Notes: a model not told the origin generated them from the letters alone. A stretch of DNA of 64,000 bases from a bacterium (GCA_030018315.1 JASEGA010000006.1:1271-65270), one strand, 5' to 3'; shown: positions 47,139 to 58,422, counted from the stretch's first letter. Numbers and translations are program-made.

Positions 47139-47921
47139 ATGATGGACATAATTGTTTGTATAAAGAGAGTGCCAGAAACTGCAGAGTCAGAGATTAAAGT
47201 AGATGCCTCTGGTAAGGATATAATAAAGGAACGGCTTACTTTTGACATCAACGAATCCGATAACTACGGCCTTGAGGAGGCAATCCTACTAAAAGAAAAG
47301 TTTGGTGGCTCAGTTACATTAGTGTCAGTTGGGCCACCTGAGGTCGAAGATATACTCCGAATGGGGCTTGCTAAAGGTGCAGATACAGCAATAAGGGTGA
47401 CAGATGAAAAGTTTAAGGAGCTCGATGCATTTGCGACTGCAAAGCTACTTCAGTCTGTGGTCAAAGTGGCTTGCAGTAAGTTTGATATTATTTTTACTGG
47501 CTGTATGGCTAACGATGATGGATGCTCTCAAGTTGGACCTACACTTGCTGAATTACTCGGTATCCCACATGCTACATTAGTAACTAATATTGAGATAAAA
47601 GAGAGTATAGCTAAAGTACAGAGGGAACTTGAAGGTGGCTTACTTGAGGTTTTAGAAATAAAACTACCCGCCCTATTCACTATTCAGACAGGTATCAACG
47701 AGCCAAGATATGCTTCTCTCATTGCTATAAGAAGGGCAGCGGCTAAAGAAATCAAAGTGATTGATGCAAAAATGTTAGGAATTGATGAATTAGCGACAAA
47801 AACAAGAATTGATAGCTTGTTCCCACCCCCTATTGGGAAGCGGGCACAAATTATAGAAGGGACACCAGATGAAGTAGCAACTAAAGTTACAGGTATATTT
47901 AAAGAAAAGGGATTGGTGTGA
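47139..47921 (+). CDS. etfB: electron transfer flavoprotein beta subunit
   Basis: MMDIIVCIKRVPETAESEIKVD...; ETF-beta/FixA family. Confidence 0.9.
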   Translation: MMDIIVCIKRVPETAESEIKVDASGKDIIKERLTFDINESDNYGLEEAILLKEKFGGSVTLVSVGPPEVEDILRMGLAKGADTAIRVTDEKFKELDAFATAKLLQSVVKVACSKFDIIFTGCMANDDGCSQVGPTLAELLGIPHATLVTNIEIKESIAKVQRELEGGLLEVLEIKLPALFTIQTGINEPRYASLIAIRRAAAKEIKVIDAKMLGIDELATKTRIDSLFPPPIGKRAQIIEGTPDEVATKVTGIFKEKGLV

Positions 47922-47922
47922 A

Positions 47923-48918
47923 GTGACAAAAAGGGTATTTGTATTAGTTGAACATAGACGTGGTGAAATTAGAGATATAACTTATGAATTACTTACTAAA
48001 GGAAGAGAACTGGCCAGTAAATTAGGAGGTAGCACCTCAGGAGGTGAACTCGTTGCTTTACTATTGGGATACAATGTAGAAAAGTTTGCAGATAAGATTA
48101 AATCACAATCGCATAAGGTGTTTGTCATAGAGGATGAGAAGCTTAAAAACTTCAATGCTGAGTCATACCAAATTGTCCTTTCTAATATATTAAAAAAAGA
48201 AAAACCATCCCTTACACTTATTGGTCATACTGCATTTGGGATAGACCTTGCACCTGCTATTGGGACTGAACTTAATATACCAGTTGCTACAGATTGTATA
48301 GGAATAGATGTAGAGGACAATAACTTAATTACAATACGCCAGATGTATGGTGGCAAATTGAATGCAAGATTATGTTTCAGTAAGAGTGAACAATTTGTGA
48401 TAACAGTGCGACAAGGAGCTTTCGTACCACAAGAAGCGAATTTGAATGGAGAACTCGTAACTATACAATCACCACTCACACAAGAACCTGATTATAGAAA
48501 GTTTGTTGAATACCTTGAAGCAGTAGTTGGTGAAATAGATATAACAAAGGCAGATATTGTTGTAGCAGTAGGCAGAGGGATAAAAGAGCAAGGGAACCTA
48601 CATTTAGTTGATGAGCTTGCCAAGTCACTTGGTGGCGTCCTTGCCTGCTCACGGCCAATTGTAGATGCAGGCTGGCTCCCAAAGGATAGGCAAGTGGGTT
48701 CATCTGGTAAGACAGTGAAGCCAAAGCTCTACATAGCTGTCGGAATATCGGGTGCATTCCAGCATATTACAGGGATGAAAGGGGCAGATACTATTGTAGC
48801 TATAAACAAAGACCCAAATGCACCTATATTTAACGAGGCAGATTACGGGATAGTAGGTGACTTATTCAAAGTAGTACCTGCAATTAAAGAAAAAATAGCT
48901 GAATTAAAGCCAAGCTGA
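47923..48918 (+). CDS. etfA: electron transfer flavoprotein alpha subunit
   Basis: FAD-binding C-terminal domain (VAVGISGAFQHITGMKGADTIVAINKD); adjacent to etfB. Confidence 0.9.
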   Translation: MTKRVFVLVEHRRGEIRDITYELLTKGRELASKLGGSTSGGELVALLLGYNVEKFADKIKSQSHKVFVIEDEKLKNFNAESYQIVLSNILKKEKPSLTLIGHTAFGIDLAPAIGTELNIPVATDCIGIDVEDNNLITIRQMYGGKLNARLCFSKSEQFVITVRQGAFVPQEANLNGELVTIQSPLTQEPDYRKFVEYLEAVVGEIDITKADIVVAVGRGIKEQGNLHLVDELAKSLGGVLACSRPIVDAGWLPKDRQVGSSGKTVKPKLYIAVGISGAFQHITGMKGADTIVAINKDPNAPIFNEADYGIVGDLFKVVPAIKEKIAELKPS

Positions 48919-48965
48919 CCAAGGAGAAGACAAGTTACTACTTAAAGCCCTGGTGTTCCTAATTT

Positions 48966-50111
48966 TTAGTTTCCATTTAACATAACTAATTTCTTGAAGC
49001 TAATGGACTTCCCAGTCTCTAACTTACAGAAGTAAATGCCTGATGCAACTCTATTCCCAAAATCATCCTCTCTATTCCAAACAACCGTGTATACTTCCGT
49101 GTTCTCCTTCTTATCTATTAGAGTTTTTACCAATCTACCAGCCATATCATACACTCTTACACTAACTGGCATTTTAGGAGTCCCATTTAGGATTTGGAAT
49201 CTGATTTCTGTCATTTGAGCAAATGGATTAGGATAGACTTCAAGTTTTGGGTTTTCTTTCACTCCCACATAGGGGTCAGTATTAGTAAATTCATATATGC
49301 TGCCATTTCTATGTGTAGCATAGATTCGGTTTGTATCATCATTTCTACCTCTACCAACAGTCAAATCAGCAGACGCACCTGTAACAGCGTCAACAACAGT
49401 GTCAACCCATGCACTACCATCCCATGAGTGCTCACGGATATTACCAAATTGTGCTGTAGTGTATACTCGTATTTTACTGTTTTTACTGTCACTCTTTGTT
49501 CTACCAAGCCATAATCCGTAACGGCTGAGCATAGGCGCACTTGGGCATATGTCAACCTGTTGCCAATTCCCTGCAGAGTATGTGAGTTCATAAACATACC
49601 CCCCTCCACAAGAAACATAAACTCTGTTCACTAAATCATTCCTACCAGAGCCAACAGCTGCTTTACACAACCGATACGAGGGTAAAGTGATGACTGACTC
49701 CTCATAATAGGAGCTATTCCAACTGTACTCTCTGAGGTATGGAGAATGCCCATCAGGACAATAGACTCTATTCATATCATACCATCGTTTCGTCCATTCC
49801 CCAATTGCAACTGCTGCAAAAGCTGTATAGGGAGGACCCAAATTAGCCTTTAAATAAGTCCATTCGTATATATGACCATTGAACCCCGATACATACACCC
49901 TTTGTATACCATCATTTCTACCATCTCCCACCACTTGGTAAAGCCAACCAGGGCATGTCCCTATTCTTACTGCGTTCCAACCACACCATACGCAATTGAA
50001 GAGAGTAACAACTGATATCATCGCTATCAATATCAACATGAGCATCCTCCTTCCTGCCTTGACGCGAGGCAGACGAGACAGGAACTCACTCATTGTGCTA
50101 AACTTTTTCAT
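48966..50111 (-). CDS. repeat (VG.GRND...RVY...G.IYE.TY) beta-propeller-like secreted protein with a T9SS C-terminal sorting domain
   Basis: Four internal repeats; C-terminal LEVYPNPFAQMTEIRFQ...FCKLETGK. Confidence 0.65.
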   Translation of the reverse strand: MKKFSTMSEFLSRLPRVKAGRRMLMLILIAMISVVTLFNCVWCGWNAVRIGTCPGWLYQVVGDGRNDGIQRVYVSGFNGHIYEWTYLKANLGPPYTAFAAVAIGEWTKRWYDMNRVYCPDGHSPYLREYSWNSSYYEESVITLPSYRLCKAAVGSGRNDLVNRVYVSCGGGYVYELTYSAGNWQQVDICPSAPMLSRYGLWLGRTKSDSKNSKIRVYTTAQFGNIREHSWDGSAWVDTVVDAVTGASADLTVGRGRNDDTNRIYATHRNGSIYEFTNTDPYVGVKENPKLEVYPNPFAQMTEIRFQILNGTPKMPVSVRVYDMAGRLVKTLIDKKENTEVYTVVWNREDDFGNRVASGIYFCKLETGKSISFKKLVMLNGN

Positions 50112-50230
50112 TTTACCCCCTTTAAATTTGATTCACTTTATACTTAATGTCAAGAAAAATTACTTTGTTTTGATTCAACAAGCAGCATCTTTTACTTGAC
50201 CTAAACGAACCATAGGCTATACTTTACTAT

Positions 50231-52048
50231 ATGATTTTACTCATTTTGAGGTGCTACCTCCTTCTCCTTATTGGACAGGAATTTGATGCTCCTGCTGTGT
50301 CTGACCCTTTAATAGAGGAGCTACAAAGTTTGGAGTCCCATCCGATTGACATTAACAAAGCTAAAAAGGAAGATTTTCTTAAGATATACTGGGTTTCACC
50401 TGGGCTTGCAGAGTCCATTATTAAGACGAGAAAAGAAGTTGGCAGCTTTGATAAGATTGAGGATTTGAGAAAGGTACAGGGTGTGACAGATGAGCTTTTA
50501 GAGTGCATCCGTCCCTATATAACGGTTAAACTACAACGGCAACAAATTTTGGAGGTTAGACCTCAAATTGAACTCAGGTCAAGGGTTCAACAGACTTTTC
50601 CTAAAGTTAAAGGTAATTGGCCGGGTAGCCCAATAAAATCTTACCAGAGGCTTAAATTAAGTAGTAAAAATATTTCTGGATTTGCACTTCTTGAGAAAGA
50701 CCCCTACGAAGCATCGTATTCAGACTTTGCCACTTATGGAATAATGGTGCAGGCGCTCCCAATGGCTCAAAAGATTATACTTGGCGATTACAGGCTTGAA
50801 TTTGGTGAAGGTCTATTGTTTGGCTTTCCTCCTATTGTTACTTTCAAGCAGCAGGGTGTAATTAAAGGGAAAGAGCGGGGACTTCAACTATACACTATTA
50901 CTGGTGAAAATACATATTTACATGGTGTAGCAGTAGAGTCCAAATCCTATCGTGGGATTAAGAATTTCGTAATCCTATCAAATACAAAAATTGATAATGG
51001 TGGTGGCGTATCGCAATACGCCCCTACCATCTATGATTATGAAGGAGACCACTCAACTGAGTCAGGCGAAGCTAAAAAAGACAGAGTAAGAGAGTGGCTG
51101 ATTGGGACAAGATTTGAGTACCATGGTCCAATTAAACTTGGGCTTACATGGTATAAAAATACGCATTTCTTAAATCCAGAAGAGGTTAGACCTCAAGGCA
51201 CTAAAATAGGGACTCATAGCTTATGGAGTGTGAGTAGTTCAACCTCATTAGCTGGATTTGAGGTGTTACCTCTTAACTGGTTTAGTGAATTTGGCTGGTG
51301 TGATAAAAGTTGGGCAACAGTGCTTGGTACAGAATACGGGAAAGAAAAATTAAGACTTGGCACTCTATTTAGATATTATCCACCCGATTTCCCTGTGTTC
51401 CATTCGGCACCATTTTCTGACAGCTACAAGCTTGCTGAAAAAGGTAATTATCTATATGGAGCGTATCAGATTTCAAAATACACAAAATTAACAGGCTATA
51501 CAGATTATTGCACACGATATTCTACTGAGTTACCAACTTTGCATGCTGAACATTCTATTGAGTTACAGCATAAGTTTACACCGCATTTTTGGCTTACAAG
51601 TAGATACTCTTTTAAAAAGGTAGAGGTATCACCTCGAGGTGAGTCTGAATGCAAATGGTTTAGATTACAAGCAGATATTGAAGCCGCCAAACTTAATATG
51701 AGAGTCAGACTTGATAGAGGCTATGAGGCTGGGTCTCAAGAGGTTAGACCTCAAGGTGAGCTTTTGTACGGCGATATAGGAGTTAAGTTTTCAAAATACT
51801 TATCATTTACTACGAGGTTGATTTTATTTGATTCTGAACTCGACAAGTTTGGTCTTTATGAGTATGAGCAAGACTTACCAGGTCTTATGACAAACCAGTT
51901 TATAAGTGATAAAGGGACAAGACTATATTTGCTTTTGAAAAATAGAATTGCATCCAGCTACACGGTTACTGTGAAATATGCAATAACATCAAAGATAGCT
52001 AAGCCCGTGACACAAAAATACGGCATCCAATTTGATTTAGAGCACTAA
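50231..52048 (+). CDS. ComEA-like helix-hairpin-helix domain protein fused to a large beta-rich (outer-membrane-like) region
   Basis: The N-terminal INKAKKEDFLKIYWVSPGLAESIIKTRKEVGSFDKIEDLRKVQGVTDELLECI matches the HhH DNA-binding domain. The C-terminus has alternating beta-strand patterns. Confidence 0.45.
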   Translation: MILLILRCYLLLLIGQEFDAPAVSDPLIEELQSLESHPIDINKAKKEDFLKIYWVSPGLAESIIKTRKEVGSFDKIEDLRKVQGVTDELLECIRPYITVKLQRQQILEVRPQIELRSRVQQTFPKVKGNWPGSPIKSYQRLKLSSKNISGFALLEKDPYEASYSDFATYGIMVQALPMAQKIILGDYRLEFGEGLLFGFPPIVTFKQQGVIKGKERGLQLYTITGENTYLHGVAVESKSYRGIKNFVILSNTKIDNGGGVSQYAPTIYDYEGDHSTESGEAKKDRVREWLIGTRFEYHGPIKLGLTWYKNTHFLNPEEVRPQGTKIGTHSLWSVSSSTSLAGFEVLPLNWFSEFGWCDKSWATVLGTEYGKEKLRLGTLFRYYPPDFPVFHSAPFSDSYKLAEKGNYLYGAYQISKYTKLTGYTDYCTRYSTELPTLHAEHSIELQHKFTPHFWLTSRYSFKKVEVSPRGESECKWFRLQADIEAAKLNMRVRLDRGYEAGSQEVRPQGELLYGDIGVKFSKYLSFTTRLILFDSELDKFGLYEYEQDLPGLMTNQFISDKGTRLYLLLKNRIASSYTVTVKYAITSKIAKPVTQKYGIQFDLEH

Positions 52049-52146
52049 TCAATTTTGCTTGGTAGAGAGAATAACAACCAATAAAATAATTATAGTGGTG
52101 GCTTTTGCAAAATAAAAAGAACCGTCCCCATTATTTAGGGCAGTAA

Positions 52147-52659
52147 TCAGCTTCTCAAATGTTTTATAAGTTCAGTGATTTGCTCAGCAGTTCCCTGATT
52201 GGTTTCTTGAATGCCCACTGGAATGATGGGTACTTTTGCTGTATGAGTGAGAAAGAGGGCTCCTCGCTTAACTTCTTGCATCTCTTTTGTTAATCTAACA
52301 CCACCCTCAGGGAAAATTCCTATCACTTTTCCATTCTTTAACATACTTAATGCTTTTTTGAGCGCTTTTATTGCTTGTACAGAGTCAACTGGAATACAAC
52401 CTATTCTGGATAAGAATGCTCCGACTACGGGTTTTTCAAACAGGTAAGATGCAACTAAAAATGTAATTTTTTCTTTAAATGAAGCAATTAAAACAAGGCC
52501 ATCAATCACACTGATATGATTTGATACAATAATATAGGCGCCCTTTCCCAAGACATTCTCTACCCTTCTTATCTTAAGTGAGCAAAATATTATAAGGACT
52601 ATTCGAGTAGCCAGGCGAACTATGTAATAAAAAACTGGTTTGCTATTTTGGTGTTTCAT
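52147..52659 (-). CDS. plsC: 1-acyl-sn-glycerol-3-phosphate acyltransferase (LPLAT family)
   Basis: NHISVIDGLV (HX4D) and FPEGG motifs. Confidence 0.8.
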   Translation of the reverse strand: MKHQNSKPVFYYIVRLATRIVLIIFCSLKIRRVENVLGKGAYIIVSNHISVIDGLVLIASFKEKITFLVASYLFEKPVVGAFLSRIGCIPVDSVQAIKALKKALSMLKNGKVIGIFPEGGVRLTKEMQEVKRGALFLTHTAKVPIIPVGIQETNQGTAEQITELIKHLRS

Positions 52660-52867
52660 TTGGAAGATAATACTCCAACTTTGCTATTTTGCAAATAAAA
52701 TAATAGGCGCCTTGCCCTTGTATGATGCGTGGGATACCCCTCGCGCTGCAAAAATATCCCGGATATACACGGACAGTGACTGGATTTTATGGAAGAATAA
52801 AAAATGGGGAAACTCCAAAGGTTTATTTTACTTGACAAAGGCAGTGAATGTCCAATATAATGGATGA

Positions 52868-53836
52868 GTGCTTTTTTTATTAGTATTTTTTACTTTTACA
52901 GTTCAAGGCGATACCTCCCCTAAGCGGTTCCTTTATGGAGTAAATGTAGAACATGGTGAGAACTTGACACAGGTAGCAGAAAAACTTTATGCCCAAGGTA
53001 TAATAGAACACAAATTTTGGTTTAAGGTGTGGGCTAAAGTTACAAACCAAGACCGTAATATTAAGGCTGGTTACTACATTTTTAAAAAGCCTACCCCAAT
53101 TCGTGAAGCGTTAAGAACACTTGTTGAGGGCAGGAATGCAGGTATAAGAGTTACAATCCCTGAAGGTGCAACACTTCGTGAAATTGCGTGGCTATTCAGG
53201 AGATATGGGGGAGTCAATAAAGAAGAGTTTATTAGGCTTGCACATGACACTTCTTATATAAGAAGCTTTGGTATACAAGCGAGCTCCCTTGAGGGCTACC
53301 TTTTTCCGAAGACTTATTTTATTCCATATGGAACGAATCCAAGAGAAGTGATACCATTTATGATTGAGCAGTTTTTTCAAGTCTTTGGTGAAGATTTTTA
53401 CAATAGGTCAAAAGAAATAGGGTTTACACTTGAGGAGGTAGTAACTTTTGCCTCCCTTATTGAGAAAGAGGCTGTATGTGATTCTGAGAAGCCTATAATA
53501 TCAGGAGTCTACCATAAGCGGCTTAAGCATAAATGGCCACTCCAGTGTGATGCTACTATTCAATACATTTTACCTGAACGAAAGCCGCGTCTTACTTACT
53601 CTGACCTTTCCATCCATTCCTTATATAACACTTATATTTATCAAGGTTTACCTCCCGGTCCTATATGTTCACCTGGGGAGAGTTCTATCAGAGCTGCATT
53701 ATGGCCGGATGAGACTGATTATTTATACTTTGTTGCACGTGGTGATGGCACACATATATTTTCGAAAACCTTGAAAGAGCATCAAATTGCAAAAGAGAAA
53801 GTTAGAGAGAAACAAGAAATGACGAAATCCAAATGA
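52868..53836 (+). CDS. mltG: endolytic murein transglycosylase MltG (YceG family)
   Basis: N-terminal TM; YceG-like domain (…GYLFPKTY…; …YFVARGDGTHIFS…). Confidence 0.85.
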   Translation: MLFLLVFFTFTVQGDTSPKRFLYGVNVEHGENLTQVAEKLYAQGIIEHKFWFKVWAKVTNQDRNIKAGYYIFKKPTPIREALRTLVEGRNAGIRVTIPEGATLREIAWLFRRYGGVNKEEFIRLAHDTSYIRSFGIQASSLEGYLFPKTYFIPYGTNPREVIPFMIEQFFQVFGEDFYNRSKEIGFTLEEVVTFASLIEKEAVCDSEKPIISGVYHKRLKHKWPLQCDATIQYILPERKPRLTYSDLSIHSLYNTYIYQGLPPGPICSPGESSIRAALWPDETDYLYFVARGDGTHIFSKTLKEHQIAKEKVREKQEMTKSK

Positions 53837-53839
53837 CGA

Positions 53840-56176
53840 ATGACGAAAAATGACAGTCTCAAAGAGCGAGATTGCTTCGCTATCGCTCGCAATGACATTT
53901 ACGGAGTGAAGCATCTAATGTGTAGAACTTTAAGCTGGCTTGTAATTTTTACTTTCTATTTCATACTTCCCACTTTCATTTATGCTGAAATAATTGTAGA
54001 GCTTAAAGTAGAGGGGATAGAAAATGTAGCCCCTGGTCTTGTAATTTCAACATCAGGTTTAGAAATAGGGGATGAGTTAACTGTGGAGAGTGTAAGGAAT
54101 GCTGTCAAGCAAATTTATAGGACACAGTTGTTTAAAGATGTTGAGATACAGTACGAAAAAGAGGGTGGTGGGGTAAAGCTTACTATATTGGTCAAGGAAT
54201 ACCCACGTATATCTAAGATTGGGTTCAAATGGAATAAAAAATTTAAGGATAAGAAGCTACTTGAACTATGTGGCTTAAAAGAGGGTGACATTGGAGTTGA
54301 GACATCAATTTTTAATGGAGCAGTAAAGATACGCAAGGCTTATAAGAAGGATGGTTATTATTTGGCAGAAGTTAAACCTGTTACAGAAGAGGTCAATAAA
54401 GAGCTCAAGGTGGAATACCTAATTACAGAGGGTAAGCGTGTTAAGATTCGCTCAATTGAAATTATTGGTAATCGTGCTTTTAAAGATGACGAACTTGAAA
54501 AGAGGCTAAAAAATAGAGAAAAGAGATGGTACAGGTCAGGTAATTTTAGTGGAGAAGAATTTGAAAATGACCCAGATAAGATTGTTGAGTTTTATCGGAA
54601 TCATGGGTATCCGAACTGTAAAGTTGTGGATGTGAATATAGTGCCTGATGAAAATAAAGAATGGGTTAGAATATACATTAAGATTGATGAAGGTAGTAAG
54701 CTATTTTTGGGTAATGTAGGTTTTGATGGTAATAAAGTTATAGATACAAGAGATTTAATTAAAGAAGTGAAGTTTAAAAGGCTCTCCCTTTATTCAAGTA
54801 ATGCCTTATCAAAGACATTAGAAGGTATCTATAGTCTTTATGGGAATCGTGGCTACATATATGCAATCGTTGACCCTGTAGAAGAGTTAAGTGACAGTGT
54901 TGTAGATATAACTTATAAAATCAAAGAAGGCAAACCGGCAAGGATACATAAGATTATAATTGAAAATAATACAAAAACACACGAAAAAGTTATACGACGC
55001 GAACTCACAATATTTCCCGGTGATATACTGTCTCGTAAAGAATTAATAAATTCACAGCGTAAGGTGTTTAATTTAGGGTTCTTCAAGAACATAACCCTTG
55101 ATACAAAGCCTGCCTCGCCAAGTCAAGGTGGGCAAGCCAATGAGCAAGGGGATATAGACCTTATAATTAAAGTAGAAGAGAAACCAGCAGGCCAAGCCTC
55201 TCTTGGTGCCAGTTATTATCCGAAGCATGGCCTTGTGGGTAATCTTGGTTTATCTACTCCTAATTTTAGAGGTATGGGTGAGCTATTATACATCAACTTA
55301 CAGAAAGGTGAAAAGTTACAGACTCTTGAAGCAGGTTACAACAGGCCATGGCTATTTGATACACCTATGAGTGTAGGGTTAGACGCATTTCATACTTTTG
55401 AGAAGCGCCCGTTATATAAAACACAGAGAACAGGTGGCAATGTTAAGGTTGGTAGGCCTATACCAAGACTTACATTCACAAAAGGGTACATTTCGTATAA
55501 ACTTGAGCGTGTGAAAGCATCAGCTGATGATACTGCTTCGTTAAGTTCTTATATAAAAGAGAGCCTTGGCGACCGTATTAGGAGTGTAGCTACATTTGAA
55601 GTTGTAAGAGACTCGCGTGATAATTTCCTTAATCCGACAACAGGGACACGTAATGATGCAGAAATTGAACTCTCAGGCGGTCCTTTAGGTGGTAGTGTAG
55701 ATTACCATAAGGAGATATTTGAAACTTCTACTTATCACAAACTTTTTTGGCGTTTTGTGCTTGGCTTAAGGGGTAAGTTTGGCGCTATAGATGGATACAG
55801 AACACCGGCTGATGTCCCTTTATATGAGCGGTTTATACTTGGTGGTATAGGAGAATGGGGGCTAAGAGGGTACAGGGACTGGTCAATAGGACCTGAAAGG
55901 GATGGTGAAGTAATAGGTGGCAGATTTGCATCCTTGTTCACAATTGAGACTAAAATTTCTTTTGAAGAAAATCTTTATCCACTTGTATTTTTAGATGCCG
56001 GTAATACATGGGAATGTTTCAAAGAGGCTAATTTTCAGGACCTAAAGCGGGGGGTGGGGGTTGGGTTTAGGATAGAGATACCAATGATGGGACTGGTAGG
56101 GTTTGATTTTGGCTATGGTATAGATAAGAAACCAAGAGGATGGGAGTTCCATTTGCAGATGGGGAAGCTGTTTTAA
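53840..56176 (+). CDS. bamA: outer membrane protein assembly factor BamA
   Basis: 778 aa; five POTRA-like segments followed by an Omp85 beta-barrel; C-terminal GWEFHLQMGKLF. Confidence 0.9.
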   Translation: MTKNDSLKERDCFAIARNDIYGVKHLMCRTLSWLVIFTFYFILPTFIYAEIIVELKVEGIENVAPGLVISTSGLEIGDELTVESVRNAVKQIYRTQLFKDVEIQYEKEGGGVKLTILVKEYPRISKIGFKWNKKFKDKKLLELCGLKEGDIGVETSIFNGAVKIRKAYKKDGYYLAEVKPVTEEVNKELKVEYLITEGKRVKIRSIEIIGNRAFKDDELEKRLKNREKRWYRSGNFSGEEFENDPDKIVEFYRNHGYPNCKVVDVNIVPDENKEWVRIYIKIDEGSKLFLGNVGFDGNKVIDTRDLIKEVKFKRLSLYSSNALSKTLEGIYSLYGNRGYIYAIVDPVEELSDSVVDITYKIKEGKPARIHKIIIENNTKTHEKVIRRELTIFPGDILSRKELINSQRKVFNLGFFKNITLDTKPASPSQGGQANEQGDIDLIIKVEEKPAGQASLGASYYPKHGLVGNLGLSTPNFRGMGELLYINLQKGEKLQTLEAGYNRPWLFDTPMSVGLDAFHTFEKRPLYKTQRTGGNVKVGRPIPRLTFTKGYISYKLERVKASADDTASLSSYIKESLGDRIRSVATFEVVRDSRDNFLNPTTGTRNDAEIELSGGPLGGSVDYHKEIFETSTYHKLFWRFVLGLRGKFGAIDGYRTPADVPLYERFILGGIGEWGLRGYRDWSIGPERDGEVIGGRFASLFTIETKISFEENLYPLVFLDAGNTWECFKEANFQDLKRGVGVGFRIEIPMMGLVGFDFGYGIDKKPRGWEFHLQMGKLF

Positions 56177-56184
56177 AAACATTG

Positions 56185-57264
56185 ATGAATACAGATAATC
56201 CTAAACTAAATTTTTTCATTTTTCATTTTTTATTTTTCATTTTGTTATCCGGTTGTGGCAAGAAGGAGCCGATTGGGTATGAGATTGTGAAACCGAGGGA
56301 GGGTGAAATTAGACAAGCGCGGGGTTTCGTGGTTAGGTGGAATAATTATTCAGAGTTTGCATCTATGAGTAGAGCTACAGAGTTATTTGCGGGAGAGGAG
56401 TGTGACTTTAAGGCGATGGCTTTCATTTGCTTTGAATTTGATACTACTCTTTTACCTGATTCACTTTGGCTACTTGGAGTGAATTCTGGTAAAGTGAAAG
56501 TTTGTAAAGTCACAGGATTATGGAACCCGGACTCTATAAATTGGAGTCATATTCCGGATACAGGTGAGATATTTGATACTGTTGAAATTAAAGAAGGTGA
56601 TACCTGTTTGGTTTACATACAGGATTCAGTACCGGATTCAGTATTCTCTATTGGCTTCTTACCATATATTGGGATGGCAAGCTTTAAACCACTACGACTG
56701 TCAGTAAAGGAGGATACAAATTTCTATTCTCCAAGTAAGAAAGTGTACATTGATACAAGTTATTTTACACAAGATTTGCCAATGATTGAGACAGGTGCTT
56801 ATACTACACAATGTACACTTTGGTTTAGTTTGGAGATACCAGTGTTTCTCAAGGAGACCACTTATATTCCAATTGACTCTTTTTTAGGTGATACTGTGTT
56901 TCCATGCACTTTGGTTGTAGGTGATTCTTTTATTACTGATACTTCTGTGATTAATTACATCCTTAACTTTAAATCTGCTACCGTAAATGATGCGTCATTT
57001 TATATTCCTATAGATACAACTAATTCTTACAAATGGGATATAGGGATTTATGCTGGCTGTAGAGGTGTGTATTCATCAAGTTCTCACCCAAAAGGTGACA
57101 CACTTAGTTTATCAATTGAGAGAATAGTAGATAGGTGGTTTAAAGAAGGCGACTGCTGGCTTGTTTTGAAAGGTGATGCACAGAAGATTGGACGTGTTGT
57201 GTTTGATATAGAGGGTGCTCAGCTTTCTATAACTTATATACTACCACCTAAAAGAAGGGAATGA
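56185..57264 (+). CDS. hypothetical lipoprotein
   Basis: MNTDNPKLNFFIFHFLFFILLSGCGKK (lipobox LSGC). The start at 56185 is preferred over the track start at 56140, which overlaps bamA. Confidence 0.5.
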   Translation: MNTDNPKLNFFIFHFLFFILLSGCGKKEPIGYEIVKPREGEIRQARGFVVRWNNYSEFASMSRATELFAGEECDFKAMAFICFEFDTTLLPDSLWLLGVNSGKVKVCKVTGLWNPDSINWSHIPDTGEIFDTVEIKEGDTCLVYIQDSVPDSVFSIGFLPYIGMASFKPLRLSVKEDTNFYSPSKKVYIDTSYFTQDLPMIETGAYTTQCTLWFSLEIPVFLKETTYIPIDSFLGDTVFPCTLVVGDSFITDTSVINYILNFKSATVNDASFYIPIDTTNSYKWDIGIYAGCRGVYSSSSHPKGDTLSLSIERIVDRWFKEGDCWLVLKGDAQKIGRVVFDIEGAQLSITYILPPKRRE

Positions 57265-58355
57265 ATAAACTTAAAATGCAAAACTCAAACCTACAGCTCA
57301 AAATGCAAAATTATAAACCACAAGATTTACACGAGATTAACACCAGATTGATTTTTTCTCTTGTGAAAATTTGTGTAATCTGTGGTTTCTTATTGCTTGG
57401 TTCGGCTTATTGTTATTCACTCTTCTCTGGCGGTGGATTAGGTGAGCCAGTAGAGGTGCAGAATGCGGCTTACATTGGGATGGGAGGGATACAAAAGTTT
57501 AAACTGCCGAGTCAATTAACATTTGAGTTCTCTATGGTATTGGAAATTGTAGATGAGGATGGTAAGGCTACGAACTTTGATTTCACACTCCCATATGTGA
57601 GATATGTGCTACCCTTGCCTAAAGAGGTAGCACCTCAAGGTATGGGAATAGACATTGGTCTAAATGAAGTATTAAATTTAAATTTTGACATCCATAGTCC
57701 ATGGGAAGAGTTGTATGGTGACTCAGTTCAACGCCGTGTTAAAAGTAGAGGCAGTGCAAGTATAGGGAAGATAGGAATTGGCAAGAACTTCAGCTCTATC
57801 GCAGTTGAACTTGGTGGCTTTGTAGTTTTTGGGTCAGCTCAAGAGGAGTGGGTTACAGACTTTAAGACTATGCATGATGCATATGATACGCTGAGATTAA
57901 AATTTTTTGGTCCCGGGTATTTGGCATCTATAGGATTGGATTTTTGGAAATTTGGCTTAAGTGCAAGCTATCTATCACATGCTAAACTTACTTCTAATAC
58001 CAACCTTCCGTCAAGAGTTGTTGCATCGATAAGTTATACTCCTATTGAAAAAGCTACAGTCGAAATAGGGGTTACAAGTTGGCAGTGGAGTAGTCCATTT
58101 AAGCCAATGAATAGAGTATCAGTGGGGGGTAAGTATGAAATTAGTCCATTGATATTACGGTGTGGTTTTTACACTAACAACTGGTATTATGGAGATATAA
58201 AAGAACGGGTTGGTGCATTAGGCTTGGGTATTCCACTTAAATCACTTTGTACGATTGATTTGAGCTTTGAGTTTGGTAAAAGGTGGAACCCTATCCTTGA
58301 AGAGAGGATTTACAGGGCTTGTATAACCTTACAGGGAAAAGAATCATTGATGTAG
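57261..58355 (+). CDS. hypothetical outer-membrane beta-barrel-like protein; the C-terminal SLM* is supplied by the E-family repeat
   Basis: Signal/TM N-terminus and alternating beta patterns; ATGA overlap with the upstream gene. Confidence 0.4.
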   Translation: MNKLKMQNSNLQLKMQNYKPQDLHEINTRLIFSLVKICVICGFLLLGSAYCYSLFSGGGLGEPVEVQNAAYIGMGGIQKFKLPSQLTFEFSMVLEIVDEDGKATNFDFTLPYVRYVLPLPKEVAPQGMGIDIGLNEVLNLNFDIHSPWEELYGDSVQRRVKSRGSASIGKIGIGKNFSSIAVELGGFVVFGSAQEEWVTDFKTMHDAYDTLRLKFFGPGYLASIGLDFWKFGLSASYLSHAKLTSNTNLPSRVVASISYTPIEKATVEIGVTSWQWSSPFKPMNRVSVGGKYEISPLILRCGFYTNNWYYGDIKERVGALGLGIPLKSLCTIDLSFEFGKRWNPILEERIYRACITLQGKESLM

Positions 58356-58393
58356 ACAGAAATGTATGGGCGGGGTAACCCCGCCCCTACGAA
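58344..58393 (+). repeat. E-family REP-like element (TCATTGATGTAGACAGAAATGTA-GGGCGGGGTAACCCCGCCC-CTAC), copy 1
   Basis: GC hairpin GGGCGGGG-TAA-CCCCGCCC followed by a T6 run. Its first 12 nt encode S-L-M-stop of the preceding gene. A partial copy lies at 58436-58447. Confidence 0.8.
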
Positions 58394-58422
58394 GTGATTT
58401 TTTACCTTGACTTGGTAAATAA